Of a stretch of 64,000 bases of DNA, positions 38,177 to 46,868 are shown piece after piece. The stretch spans positions 73,409-137,408 of the forward strand of contig CAZENF010000002.1 of NCBI GenBank assembly GCA_964513645.1. Direction: 5' to 3'. Numbering within the stretch: the first letter of the stretch is position 1; the number at the start of each line of letters is the position of its first letter. Origin of the DNA: an uncultured Candidatus Saccharibacteria bacterium. GTDB lineage: Bacteria; Patescibacteriota; Minisyncoccia; 2-02-FULL-40-12; GWA2-44-9. Made by a program: the position numbers and the translations under genes. The notes beneath the pieces were generated by a model. It had not been told where the DNA came from. It was given only the letters and a program-made list of their open reading frames with translations, and did not search any database.

Positions 38177-38238
38177 CGAACCGGCCCTTGGACCGGTTTT
38201 TAATTGTAAAAATCCGGAGTTTGTTATAATTTTAAGCC

Positions 38239-39381
38239 ATGAAAATATTAGGAATAGAGACCTCCTGCGATGAAACAGCGGTAGCGATGCTTGAGATAAA
38301 CGATAAGGAAATCAAAGTCCTGGCCAATACTATTTCATCTCAAGTAAAACTTCACGCTAAATACGGCGGGGTTGTGCCGAACCTCGCCGCCCGAGAACAT
38401 GTTAAGAACATCGAGCATGTTTTTAAGCTTGCTCTTAGAGAAGCCGGCGTCAAAAGCCTCGAAAAGGAAATAGATCTAATTGCGGTGACTCGCGGTCCAG
38501 GACTGGGTCCGGCCCTCCTGGTCGGAATAACATTTGCCAAAACCTTAGCCTGGAAATACCAGAAACCATTGATAGGAGTTAATCATTTAGAAGGACACAT
38601 TTATTCCAACTGGTTGAAGTCAGTTGGAATAAATTCAAAAATCAAAGGTCAAAATTCTAAATTATTTCCGATACTGAATCTTATCGTTTCAGGCGGACAC
38701 ACCGAACTTGTTTTAATGACCGGTTATGGAAAATACAAGCTTATCGGCGAAACCCTCGACGATGCTATCGGCGAAGCATTCGACAAGGTCGCCCGATTAC
38801 TTGGCCTTGGTTATCCAGGCGGACCCGCCATTTCGCAAAAAGCTGAGAAATGGAATTACCGATCACCAATTTCCAATTTCCAAACAAATTCTAAAATCCA
38901 AATTCCAAAAATTGAATTTCCCAGACCGATGGAAAACTCCAAGGATTATAATTTTTCGTATTCAGGATTAAAAACCTCAGTTCTTTACAAGATTCGCGAT
39001 CTGGAAAAGGCCGGTATAAAAATTAACGATGATGTTAAAAACAAGATCTGTTACGAATTCCAAAAATCAGCCTGCGAAGTCATAATTAAAAAAACCATAA
39101 AGGCCGCTTTAGAATACGAGGTTAAGTCCATATTCCTTGCCGGCGGTGTTTCGGCAAACAAATACCTCCGGACCGAGCTTAGAAAAAGAGCCGAAGAAGC
39201 CGGTTTTAACTATGCCCAGCCTGAATTTGAGTACACCGGCGATAACGCCGCGATGATAGGCCTGGCCGGTTATTTTTCCGCCAAAGGCGGATCCGCCGCT
39301 GGTGGAAATTATAAAAATAAAAAAACCCAAGATTTAACCTGGGATTCTGTCGAAATGGATGCGAACCTCAACATCGGGTAA
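38239..39381 (+). CDS. tsaD: tRNA N6-adenosine threonylcarbamoyltransferase TsaD (Kae1/Gcp)
   Basis: MKILGIETSCDETAVAM…VNHLEGH…SGGHTEL…DKVARLLGLGYPGGP…FSYSGLKT…AGGVSAN. Two small insertions relative to the canonical roughly 340 aa length. Confidence 0.9.
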   Translation: MKILGIETSCDETAVAMLEINDKEIKVLANTISSQVKLHAKYGGVVPNLAAREHVKNIEHVFKLALREAGVKSLEKEIDLIAVTRGPGLGPALLVGITFAKTLAWKYQKPLIGVNHLEGHIYSNWLKSVGINSKIKGQNSKLFPILNLIVSGGHTELVLMTGYGKYKLIGETLDDAIGEAFDKVARLLGLGYPGGPAISQKAEKWNYRSPISNFQTNSKIQIPKIEFPRPMENSKDYNFSYSGLKTSVLYKIRDLEKAGIKINDDVKNKICYEFQKSACEVIIKKTIKAALEYEVKSIFLAGGVSANKYLRTELRKRAEEAGFNYAQPEFEYTGDNAAMIGLAGYFSAKGGSAAGGNYKNKKTQDLTWDSVEMDANLNIG

Positions 39382-39909
39382 TCAAGCGATCCTTTTTGCT
39401 CGCCACCCCGGTTTAATAATTCCAAGGAGCATTTCAAGGAATGTAGGCGGCTTATGCATTCCTTCTCTTTTATATATCTCTTCATCGTACAGAAGCAATT
39501 TTGTTTTACAGTCGTTACAACGAAGATATATTAATCCTTCCCTAAGACCGTCATTAGAATAGCCATGGGGATAATCAACATTAAGAGCTTGGCATTCTCC
39601 GCAAACGAAAAGATAAAAAGCCGAATGGCCGATCCATCCATCCATGCAATAGAGACCGATGAATTTGGGTTCTTTTGTTGCGATCTGTCTGTTTTCTCGC
39701 GATACATGATAAAGAAAGATGTCTTGATTACAGGAGACAAAAACACATTCCTTACAGCCAGTGTCTTTGTGTTTTGGATTCAGGCGTCCATATTCTTCCT
39801 CGGACAGAGGTATTCTTTGGCCGTTTAGCAAAACCCCGGTAATAGTTCCTCTTTCAAAAACAAAGCAATCAAAATCAGACTTCTCTAACTCTCTGTCCAT
39901 TGTTATCAC
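39382..39909 (-). CDS. Hypothetical Cys-rich (putative Zn-binding) protein
   Basis: Multiple CxxC pairs (CKEC, CGEC, CNDC). ORF only. Confidence 0.4.
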   Translation of the reverse strand: MITMDRELEKSDFDCFVFERGTITGVLLNGQRIPLSEEEYGRLNPKHKDTGCKECVFVSCNQDIFLYHVSRENRQIATKEPKFIGLYCMDGWIGHSAFYLFVCGECQALNVDYPHGYSNDGLREGLIYLRCNDCKTKLLLYDEEIYKREGMHKPPTFLEMLLGIIKPGWRAKRIA

Positions 39910-39956
39910 TCGATTTTTAAGCTACAATAATATCTATAATACCACCTATTCAGCTA

Positions 39957-42122
39957 ATGTCAATCGAACTGCCAAAAGCCTATAATCCTGGAGAAACCGA
40001 AGAAAAAATTTATAAACTCTGGGAAGAGTCCGGTTTTTTTGATCCGGACAAATTGCCAAGGGGCCGCAAAAAACCTTACACGATAATTATGCCTCCACCC
40101 AACGCCAATGCACCACTACACGTTGGTCATGCTTTGGGCTTTGCGATTCAAGATATTCTTATCCGCTATCACCGGATGAAAGGCTTCCAAACTCTCTGGC
40201 TGCCGGGTACCGATCATGCCGGATTTGAAACCCAGGTTGTTTTTGAAAAGTATCTTGAGAAGAATGGTAAGAGCCGCTTCAATATGACCCGAGAAGAATT
40301 CTACAAAGAGTGCTGGGATTTTGTTCAGAACAACAAGCACATCAGCGAGAACGGCATGAAGCGCTTGGGTGCATCTTGCGACTGGTCAAGAAATATTTTT
40401 ACTCTTGACCCGGAAGTGATCAAAGTAGTTTATTCTACCTTTAAAAAAATGTATAACGACGGCCTGGTTTATCGATCCGGCCGAATATCTAATTGGTGTC
40501 CCAAGCATCAGACGGGCCTGGCCGACCTTGAAACAAAATATGAAGAAAGAACGGAGCCGTTTTATTATTTCAAATACGGGCCTTTTATTATTGGTACTTC
40601 CCGACCTGAAACAAAATTCGGGGACAAATACGTCGTAATGCATCCGGACGACAAAAGATACAAGGATTACAAGGAAGGAGATAAATTCAAGCTCGAATGG
40701 ATTAACGGCCCGGTTGAAGCAACCGTCATTAAGGATGAGGTGATAGACATGTCCTTCGGCACCGGCGTTATGACCATTACTCCGGCTCATGACCCTGTTG
40801 ACTTTGAAATAGCCCAGCGCCACAAACTTGATGTTGAAAAAGTTATAGACGCCAGGGGGAAATTATTGCCGATTGCCGGAGAATTCGCAGGAATGAAAAT
40901 ACTCGAGGCCCGACCGAAAATAGTTGAAAAACTTAAATCAAAAGGTCTGCTTGAAAAAATAGACGAGAATTATAAGCACAGCGTCAAACTCTGCTACAAG
41001 TGCGGCAATCTTATCGAACCCCAGATAGTTGAACAGTGGTATATTAAAATGACCGAAAAATTAAAAGACGAGCGGCCATCGTTGCGAGATATGGCCGTTC
41101 AGACGGTTGAATCAGGTGAAGTAAAGTTTAACTCGGAAAGATTTTATAATCTTTTCATGAGCTGGATGAAAGAGCTCCGTGACTGGCCGATAAGCCGCCA
41201 GATATGGTGGGGAATTCCCATACCCGTCAAATATTGCGACAAGTGTTCTAAAACTTTTGTCGATACAGAGAACAAAATAAACAAATGCTCGAATTGTAAC
41301 GGCGAATTAAGAAACGACCCGGATACATTTGATACCTGGTTCTCTTCGGGTCAATGGCCGTATGCGACATTGATGGCCAATGACGCAAAGAATAAGAGCA
41401 AAGATTTTGACACATTTTTCCCGACCCAAGTCATGGAAACTGGCTGGGATATAATATTTTTCTGGGTTGCACGGATGATAATGCTTTCGTTCTACAGCAC
41501 CGGCAAAAAACCTTTCGAGAACGTAGTCCTTCACGGCTTGGTCAGAGATAAGGATCGCCAGAAGATGTCCAAATCCAAAGGCAACGTCATCGACCCTCTT
41601 GGCGTCATCGACACTTATGGCTCGGACGCACTTCGCTTTGCTCTGGTATTTTCTACAGCGGCCGGAAACGACATTCCTCTCTCGGAAGACAAGATAAAAG
41701 GCATGCAGCACTTTGCCAACAAACTCTGGAACATCGCCCGCTTCATACTTATGGACAATACGGCTGAGGTCATGGAAAAAACGCCTGAAGCTCTAACCAA
41801 GGCCGACCAAGAAATTTTAACTGCTTTGAAAACAGAAACAGAAGCGATAACCAAAAATCTTGAGATATTTAATTTTCACCAGGCCGCCCAAGAAATATAT
41901 CAGTTCGCCTGGCACAACTTTGCCGATATTTATCTTGAAGCATCCAAACCCCAGCTCAAGGACAACAAACAGAAAGAAAATACCCAGAAGATACTTCTCT
42001 ATACCTTATCACAAATCCTCAAACTCCTTCATCCTTTCATGCCTTTCGTGACTGAAGAACTCTGGTCAAAACTGCCCATGAAAAATAAAGGGCTTCTGAT
42101 TGTTGAAGAGTGGCCCCGATAG
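39957..42122 (+). CDS. valS: Valine--tRNA ligase (short form lacking C-terminal coiled coil)
   Basis: PPPNANAPLHVGHA, WLPGTDHAGFETQ (ValS-type), editing-domain motifs (TSRPETKFGD, GTGVMTITPAHDPVD), and KMSKSKGNVIDP. Confidence 0.85.
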   Translation: MSIELPKAYNPGETEEKIYKLWEESGFFDPDKLPRGRKKPYTIIMPPPNANAPLHVGHALGFAIQDILIRYHRMKGFQTLWLPGTDHAGFETQVVFEKYLEKNGKSRFNMTREEFYKECWDFVQNNKHISENGMKRLGASCDWSRNIFTLDPEVIKVVYSTFKKMYNDGLVYRSGRISNWCPKHQTGLADLETKYEERTEPFYYFKYGPFIIGTSRPETKFGDKYVVMHPDDKRYKDYKEGDKFKLEWINGPVEATVIKDEVIDMSFGTGVMTITPAHDPVDFEIAQRHKLDVEKVIDARGKLLPIAGEFAGMKILEARPKIVEKLKSKGLLEKIDENYKHSVKLCYKCGNLIEPQIVEQWYIKMTEKLKDERPSLRDMAVQTVESGEVKFNSERFYNLFMSWMKELRDWPISRQIWWGIPIPVKYCDKCSKTFVDTENKINKCSNCNGELRNDPDTFDTWFSSGQWPYATLMANDAKNKSKDFDTFFPTQVMETGWDIIFFWVARMIMLSFYSTGKKPFENVVLHGLVRDKDRQKMSKSKGNVIDPLGVIDTYGSDALRFALVFSTAAGNDIPLSEDKIKGMQHFANKLWNIARFILMDNTAEVMEKTPEALTKADQEILTALKTETEAITKNLEIFNFHQAAQEIYQFAWHNFADIYLEASKPQLKDNKQKENTQKILLYTLSQILKLLHPFMPFVTEELWSKLPMKNKGLLIVEEWPR

Positions 42123-42172
42123 AAGTAAAGCGACCGCATCACTCTTTAAATGAGGAAATATCGGTTATGCGG

Positions 42173-42202
42173 ACTTCTAACGGGGCTTGCCTCGTTAGAA
42201 GT
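42173..42202. repeat. Hairpin element ACTTCTAACGGGG-cttg-CCTCGTTAGAAGT directly upstream of prsW
   Basis: Same half-site family as 4169-4231. It overlaps an extended -10 (TGtTATAAT at 42202-42210). Confidence 0.55.
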
Positions 42203-42216
42203 GTTATAATTAATGT

Positions 42217-42963
42217 GTGCCTCCATTTCTCTATAATATCCTCCTCGTAATCCTCGGTTTTTTGCCCAGTTTGATCTGGCTTAATTTTTATTACCGGGAA
42301 GATTGCCATCCCGAACCCAAGACTCTTTTGGCCAAAGTTTTTTTGATGGGAATCATAATATCTCCCATCGCAATAGTTCTGCAGCTGATTTCAGTCAAAT
42401 GCAGCGAATTAAGCATCCATAACTTATGTTTTCCGACCGGGATATTCTTATCGAGCAGTCCTGAGTTTTTTCTCTGGTCGGCTTTCGTCGAAGAAATGGT
42501 CAAATACTACGCGGTCAGAATAATGGTCATAAAGCGACCCGAATTCGATGAACCGATAGACGCAATGATATATATGATGACCGCCTCTCTTGGTTTTGCC
42601 GCAATCGAGAACACTCTGATCGCCTTTCAAACCACGCCCGACGGAGTAGCGGTTACCGTAAACACTTTGCTCCTGCGTTTCGTTGGAGCAACTTTGCTTC
42701 ATGCACTTTCAAGTGGACTATTGGGGTATTTCCTGGCAATCTCCTGGTTCTTCCAGAATCACCGCAAAAAACTTCTCGTCGTTGGTATATTTTTGGCGAC
42801 CCTGTTCCACTTTACCTTCAACATGCTGATATTTATTTTTGACGGCCAGGTCGTGGCACTTCTTTATACCACTTCCCTACTGTTAGCCATGGCGTTTCTC
42901 GTCTCTGTCCTTTTCGACAAACTAAAAGACAGGACATCAAAAGCCCCCTTTGCGATAAATTAA
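42217..42963 (+). CDS. PrsW-family intramembrane metalloprotease
   Basis: Multi-TM protein with EExxK (FVEEMVKYYAVR) and FxxxH (…HALSSG…) motifs. A GTG start is likely. Confidence 0.7.
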   Translation: MPPFLYNILLVILGFLPSLIWLNFYYREDCHPEPKTLLAKVFLMGIIISPIAIVLQLISVKCSELSIHNLCFPTGIFLSSSPEFFLWSAFVEEMVKYYAVRIMVIKRPEFDEPIDAMIYMMTASLGFAAIENTLIAFQTTPDGVAVTVNTLLLRFVGATLLHALSSGLLGYFLAISWFFQNHRKKLLVVGIFLATLFHFTFNMLIFIFDGQVVALLYTTSLLLAMAFLVSVLFDKLKDRTSKAPFAIN

Positions 42964-42982
42964 AATTTTTATATAATTAGAT

Positions 42983-43366
42983 ATGCCAGATTTCGGATTT
43001 GAAAAAGAAGAAATTGTCGGCCAGCTCGCGGTCAAGAAAGAAGATAAGGAAGAGGGCCATTTAACCGTCGACGTTTTTCAGAACGGAGATGATATTGTTG
43101 TCCGTTCAACCGTGGCCGGCGTTAATCCTGACGATATAGACATTTCGATAACCAAAGACATGGTTACGATAAGAGGTCAGCGTAAGACCGAGGAAAAAAT
43201 AAACTCCTCTGACTACTATCACCGCGAGCTCTATTGGGGCTCTTTCTCCAGATCCATAATCCTTCCTTTTGATATCGACCCGGATAACGCTAAGGCCTCG
43301 ATGAAAAACGGAGTTCTGACCATCCGTCTGCCGAAAGCTGAACTTGGTCCGCCGGGTAGCAAATAA
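42983..43366 (+). CDS. Hsp20/alpha-crystallin family small heat-shock protein
   Basis: ACD pattern …DIDISITKDMVTIRGQRK…GVLTIRLPKAE. Confidence 0.8.
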   Translation: MPDFGFEKEEIVGQLAVKKEDKEEGHLTVDVFQNGDDIVVRSTVAGVNPDDIDISITKDMVTIRGQRKTEEKINSSDYYHRELYWGSFSRSIILPFDIDPDNAKASMKNGVLTIRLPKAELGPPGSK

Positions 43367-43378
43367 TCCTTACCTCAA

Positions 43379-44545
43379 ATGCCACGCTTCGGTAAAAATA
43401 CAATTACCTTGATCCAATATACTCTCGTTGTCGGCGGGAGTTTTTATTTAGGCGCCTTTCTCTACACTTATATCAGTTTTGATGAAAAAGTAATTAATAC
43501 TGTTTCTATAAAAAAATTCCAGCCTGCCCTTGATAAAGCGTCCGGAATGAATATTACCCTGAACGCGGGCAATACAAGCGAGGTTCTGAAAAGTGATGAT
43601 ATTAAAAAAATGATCGAGCCCTACGTCCGGAATTATACGGGGGAAAAAGACGAAAAAATATCTTATTCTGCCCTTGAAGATTATGTCGAATCTATTGCCG
43701 CTAACTTTGATATTCAGCCAGTAAACGCAAAACTTCGCTTTCAAGATAACCGGGCCGACATATTCACTCCTTCAATAAGCGGTAAGCGGCTTAATATCGG
43801 CGGTTCGGTTGCCACCATCGCCTACGCTCTGGTAAACAATACTGCCTCGGTCAGTTTGCCTTATGACACAATAGAACCTGACGTCACTCTCGAAAAAATT
43901 AACGACTTAGGTATCAAAACTCTCCTTGGTCGAGGAGAATCAGATTATGGAAGGTCGTCCGTTTCAAGAATAACCAACATTAAGATAGGTCTGGGTAAAT
44001 TCAACGGTATTATTTTGGCATCGGGAGAAGAGTTCTCATTCAACAAATTCCTCGGCGATGTGGATGAAACGGGCGGCTATCAGTCAGAACTAGTCATAAA
44101 AAGCGGTCTCTTGGTCAAAGAGTTCGGCGGCGGATTGTGCCAAGTTGCAACAACAGTTTTTCGTTCAGCGATAATGGCCGGCCTTCCAATAACAGAGCGC
44201 AAACCTCATTCATTTCCGGTCCATTACTACAATCCCCAGGGTTATGACGCAACAATTTACCCGGGAGTCGTTGACCTAAAATTCTTAAATAACACTTCCG
44301 GTCATATCCTTATCCAAGCGAAACTTGTCGGCAGCAGATTAGTGGTAGAGATTTACGGTTCGGAGGATGGGAGAAAGGTTGTGCTCGACGGACCTTATCA
44401 ATATGATGCAAAGCCAAATGGAGCTTTAAAAGCTTATTTTAACCGGATAATAAGTTATTCTGATGGCACTCAAAAGAAAGAACGTTTCGATTCGAGTTAC
44501 AATCCCCCGCCTGCCTCGCCTCTTGAAAAAAATCCGCTTGAGTAG
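43379..44545 (+). CDS. VanW-family protein
   Basis: N-terminal TM helix and the VanW core …GGGLCQVATTVFRSAIMAGLPITERKPHSFPVHYY. Confidence 0.75.
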   Translation: MPRFGKNTITLIQYTLVVGGSFYLGAFLYTYISFDEKVINTVSIKKFQPALDKASGMNITLNAGNTSEVLKSDDIKKMIEPYVRNYTGEKDEKISYSALEDYVESIAANFDIQPVNAKLRFQDNRADIFTPSISGKRLNIGGSVATIAYALVNNTASVSLPYDTIEPDVTLEKINDLGIKTLLGRGESDYGRSSVSRITNIKIGLGKFNGIILASGEEFSFNKFLGDVDETGGYQSELVIKSGLLVKEFGGGLCQVATTVFRSAIMAGLPITERKPHSFPVHYYNPQGYDATIYPGVVDLKFLNNTSGHILIQAKLVGSRLVVEIYGSEDGRKVVLDGPYQYDAKPNGALKAYFNRIISYSDGTQKKERFDSSYNPPPASPLEKNPLE

Positions 44546-44578
44546 TTAACAGTGCCCTCGAGAGGATTTGGCCACAAT

Positions 44579-44608
44579 AAAAGAGCTTGCCGTCGCAAGC
44601 TCTTTTTC
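44579..44608 (+). terminator. Rho-independent terminator after the VanW gene
   Basis: aaagagcttgc-cgtc-gcaagctctttttc. Confidence 0.6.
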
Positions 44609-44690
44609 TCAGCCCCGGCTCGTGGCGGTCATCTGCTGATGACCGCATCGCTCCGCCTTTCAAATCCTGGCACAATCAATCAATTGATTG

Positions 44691-44774
44691 TGCCCTCGAG
44701 AGGATTTGAACCTCTAATCCCTTACGGGAACAGCGTCCTAAGCGCTGCGCGTATGCCAATTCCGCCACGAGGGC
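44691..44774 (-). tRNA. tRNA-Leu (anticodon TAG), type II with long variable arm
   Basis: Minus strand: GCCCTCG-TG-GCG-GAATTGGCATA-CGC-G-CAGCG-CTTAGGA-CGCTG-TTCCCGTAAGGGAT-AGAGG-TTCAAAT-CCTCT-CGAGGGC-A. All stems pair. Anticodon loop CTTAGGA gives TAG. No CCA encoded. Confidence 0.75.
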
Positions 44775-44858
44775 ATAATTCAATATTTTACCATAAATTT
44801 TCTAAAAGTAAAAACCCCGCCGTGGCGGGGTTTTTACTTAATCAGTACTGATTAAACG

Positions 44859-45284
44859 TTAGACGTTGAAGAACTGGGTCCAGTTGACCAATGAGGCCAA
44901 GGTCTGGAGGATCAAACCGACAGCCAAGACTACCAAGGCGCCAATGATACCATTGACGATCCTCGATTTGGCTGCACCTGATTTTGATGAATCATCTCCA
45001 GCGGACATATAGCTGATACCGCCCCAAACAATGAATATAACGGCGATAACGACGCTGACAAATATCAGAAACCGTGCAATCGTCGTAATAACACCCTGGA
45101 TATCAAGCAACGTGACAGGTGCTCCGGCATAAGGTGATGTGGGAGTCGGCAATCCCTGGGCCAAGACAAATGCGGGTAATAAAGCTAAGGCTGTCGCGAT
45201 GGAAACTTTCGCTACTCTGTTTAATTTCAAACTAATACACCTCCGTTCATTTTTTTGTTTTATTTCTACTATTTTATTATACAA
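44859..45284 (-). CDS. TrbC/VirB2-like pilin-fold protein (P1)
   Basis: Signal peptide, then helix-AGDD..K.GAAKSRIVNGIIG-helix architecture. Paralog of P2 at about 75% identity. Confidence 0.6.
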   Translation of the reverse strand: MYNKIVEIKQKNERRCISLKLNRVAKVSIATALALLPAFVLAQGLPTPTSPYAGAPVTLLDIQGVITTIARFLIFVSVVIAVIFIVWGGISYMSAGDDSSKSGAAKSRIVNGIIGALVVLAVGLILQTLASLVNWTQFFNV

Positions 45285-45403
45285 AATAGACTTGGTAATG
45301 GTAGTCTAATAATCAACAACCCCCGCTGTAAGCGGGGGTTGTTTAAAGAAACCTAGATCCAGGCACCTATTACCGGGAGTAGCTAGCTAACCCCGGATAG
45401 GTA

Positions 45404-45778
45404 CTAGACGTTGAAGAAGACCGTCCAGTTGACCAATGAGGCCAAGGTCTGGAGGATCAAACCGACAGCCAAGACTACCAAGGCGCCAATGATACCATTG
45501 ACGATCCTCGATTTGGCTGCACCGGCTTTGGCGGCATCGTCACCTGCCATCATGTACATCATACCGCCCCAAACGATGAAGATAACAGCTACTACGACGC
45601 TAACCAGGATCAAAAACCTGGCAATAGTCGTAATGATACCCTGGATATCAACCAAGGTGATCGGCTGGCCGGCATACGGTGATGTCGGGGTCGGCAATTG
45701 GGCAAAAACCAATGCCATCGGCATCAACGCCATAGCGGCTGCGACTGAAACCTTCGCAACTGATTTAAATTTTGTCAT
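45404..45778 (-). CDS. TrbC/VirB2-like pilin-fold protein (P2)
   Basis: Same architecture as P1. Its C-terminal half is nearly identical to that of P1. Confidence 0.6.
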   Translation of the reverse strand: MTKFKSVAKVSVAAAMALMPMALVFAQLPTPTSPYAGQPITLVDIQGIITTIARFLILVSVVVAVIFIVWGGMMYMMAGDDAAKAGAAKSRIVNGIIGALVVLAVGLILQTLASLVNWTVFFNV

Positions 45779-45907
45779 ATGTACACCTCCCTTCGAAGCG
45801 TACCTTCTTAAAAGGCCGCTCTTTTTAATAAAATCCCTATTTCATATTATATCACCTTTACAACGAAAAATATCAACAAGCTAAAAACTTAGGAGATTTA
45901 AATCTTT

Positions 45908-46300
45908 TTATTGGCATATTGGAGGATTCGCGTTTTGATTACAAAATGCTGATGCGCAGTCATTACCACTGCAACACTGGGCACCGACAGGAAGAGTATT
46001 ATTGCCAGGGCAATTACCTCCCCCGCCAAAGAACTGGTTGGGATTTGTGGCAAATCCCTTAACGGTAGTCACTATAATACCCACGGAAAATATTATTAAA
46101 GCCCCGATTATGCCCGACTTAAGTACGCCTTTAGCGGTAGCAACCCTCTGTTGATTATTCCCGGCCGTAACATACATTATACCGGCAATAACTATGGTGA
46201 TGGTGGCCAGAATACCGCCAAGAGTGAGAAGAAAGCCCCCAATATTTTGAGCTATGGACAACAGGTCATTAAGAGAGATGGGTACTCCGGCGGGTGGCAT
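45908..46300 (-). CDS. Pilin-fold protein with C-terminal Cys-rich module (P3)
   Basis: Helix-AGNNQQRVATAKGVLKSGIIG-helix, then NCPGNNTLPVGAQCCSGNDCASAFCNQNANPPICQ. Confidence 0.55.
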   Translation of the reverse strand: MPPAGVPISLNDLLSIAQNIGGFLLTLGGILATITIVIAGIMYVTAGNNQQRVATAKGVLKSGIIGALIIFSVGIIVTTVKGFATNPNQFFGGGGNCPGNNTLPVGAQCCSGNDCASAFCNQNANPPICQ

Positions 46301-46317
46301 AATATAATTATTAAAAA

Positions 46318-46734
46318 TTATGAGTTAAAGAATGTCTGCCAGCTGGTGGCGAGAAGGACAATAGTATTGATTATGAGACCGGCAGCAAAGAGTATTAAAG
46401 CTCCGATAACTCCGTTTTTAAAAATGCCTTTTGCAGTCGTAACTCTGGCAGAATTATTTCCCGCACTGACCCAGACCAGTCCGGCAACAATTATGACGAT
46501 ACCGGCCACTATACCGGCAATTGCCATTAGAAAACCTCCGATACTTTGGGCAAGGGCAAATATTCCCTGGGCTCCCAAAGTATTCGACGCGTTATTAGCA
46601 GTGGTCTGGTAGCATAGCTGGGCATTGAAAGTAGGCCCAGGGTTACAATATATGTTCGGACTCTGCGCATAGCTATAATTGACCAGCGCCAGAGAAAGAG
46701 TAAGCAAAGATATGGCAATTACGGTCTTTTTCAT
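46318..46734 (-). CDS. Secreted pilin-fold protein with N-terminal Cys motif (P4)
   Basis: Signal peptide, CNPGPTFNAQLC, then helix-AGNNSARVTTAKGIFKNGVIG-helix. Confidence 0.55.
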   Translation of the reverse strand: MKKTVIAISLLTLSLALVNYSYAQSPNIYCNPGPTFNAQLCYQTTANNASNTLGAQGIFALAQSIGGFLMAIAGIVAGIVIIVAGLVWVSAGNNSARVTTAKGIFKNGVIGALILFAAGLIINTIVLLATSWQTFFNS

Positions 46735-46868
46735 ACGAAATCTGATTACTTGTCAGCTGAGACAACTACGTTATCCCGGCAAATCAGGTAATTTTAAATT
46801 AATACGATGGTATATCCATTATACAATCCGTAACGACAATGACAACCTCCGATTAATCCACAAATAAA

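Noticed and set aside
45311-45344. GC hairpin caacaacccccgc-tgtaa-gcgggggttgtt between P1 and P2 as another copy of the in-frame GC element
   Set aside because: The sequence is unrelated to the argS/rluA-like element. It looks like an ordinary intergenic terminator-like hairpin.
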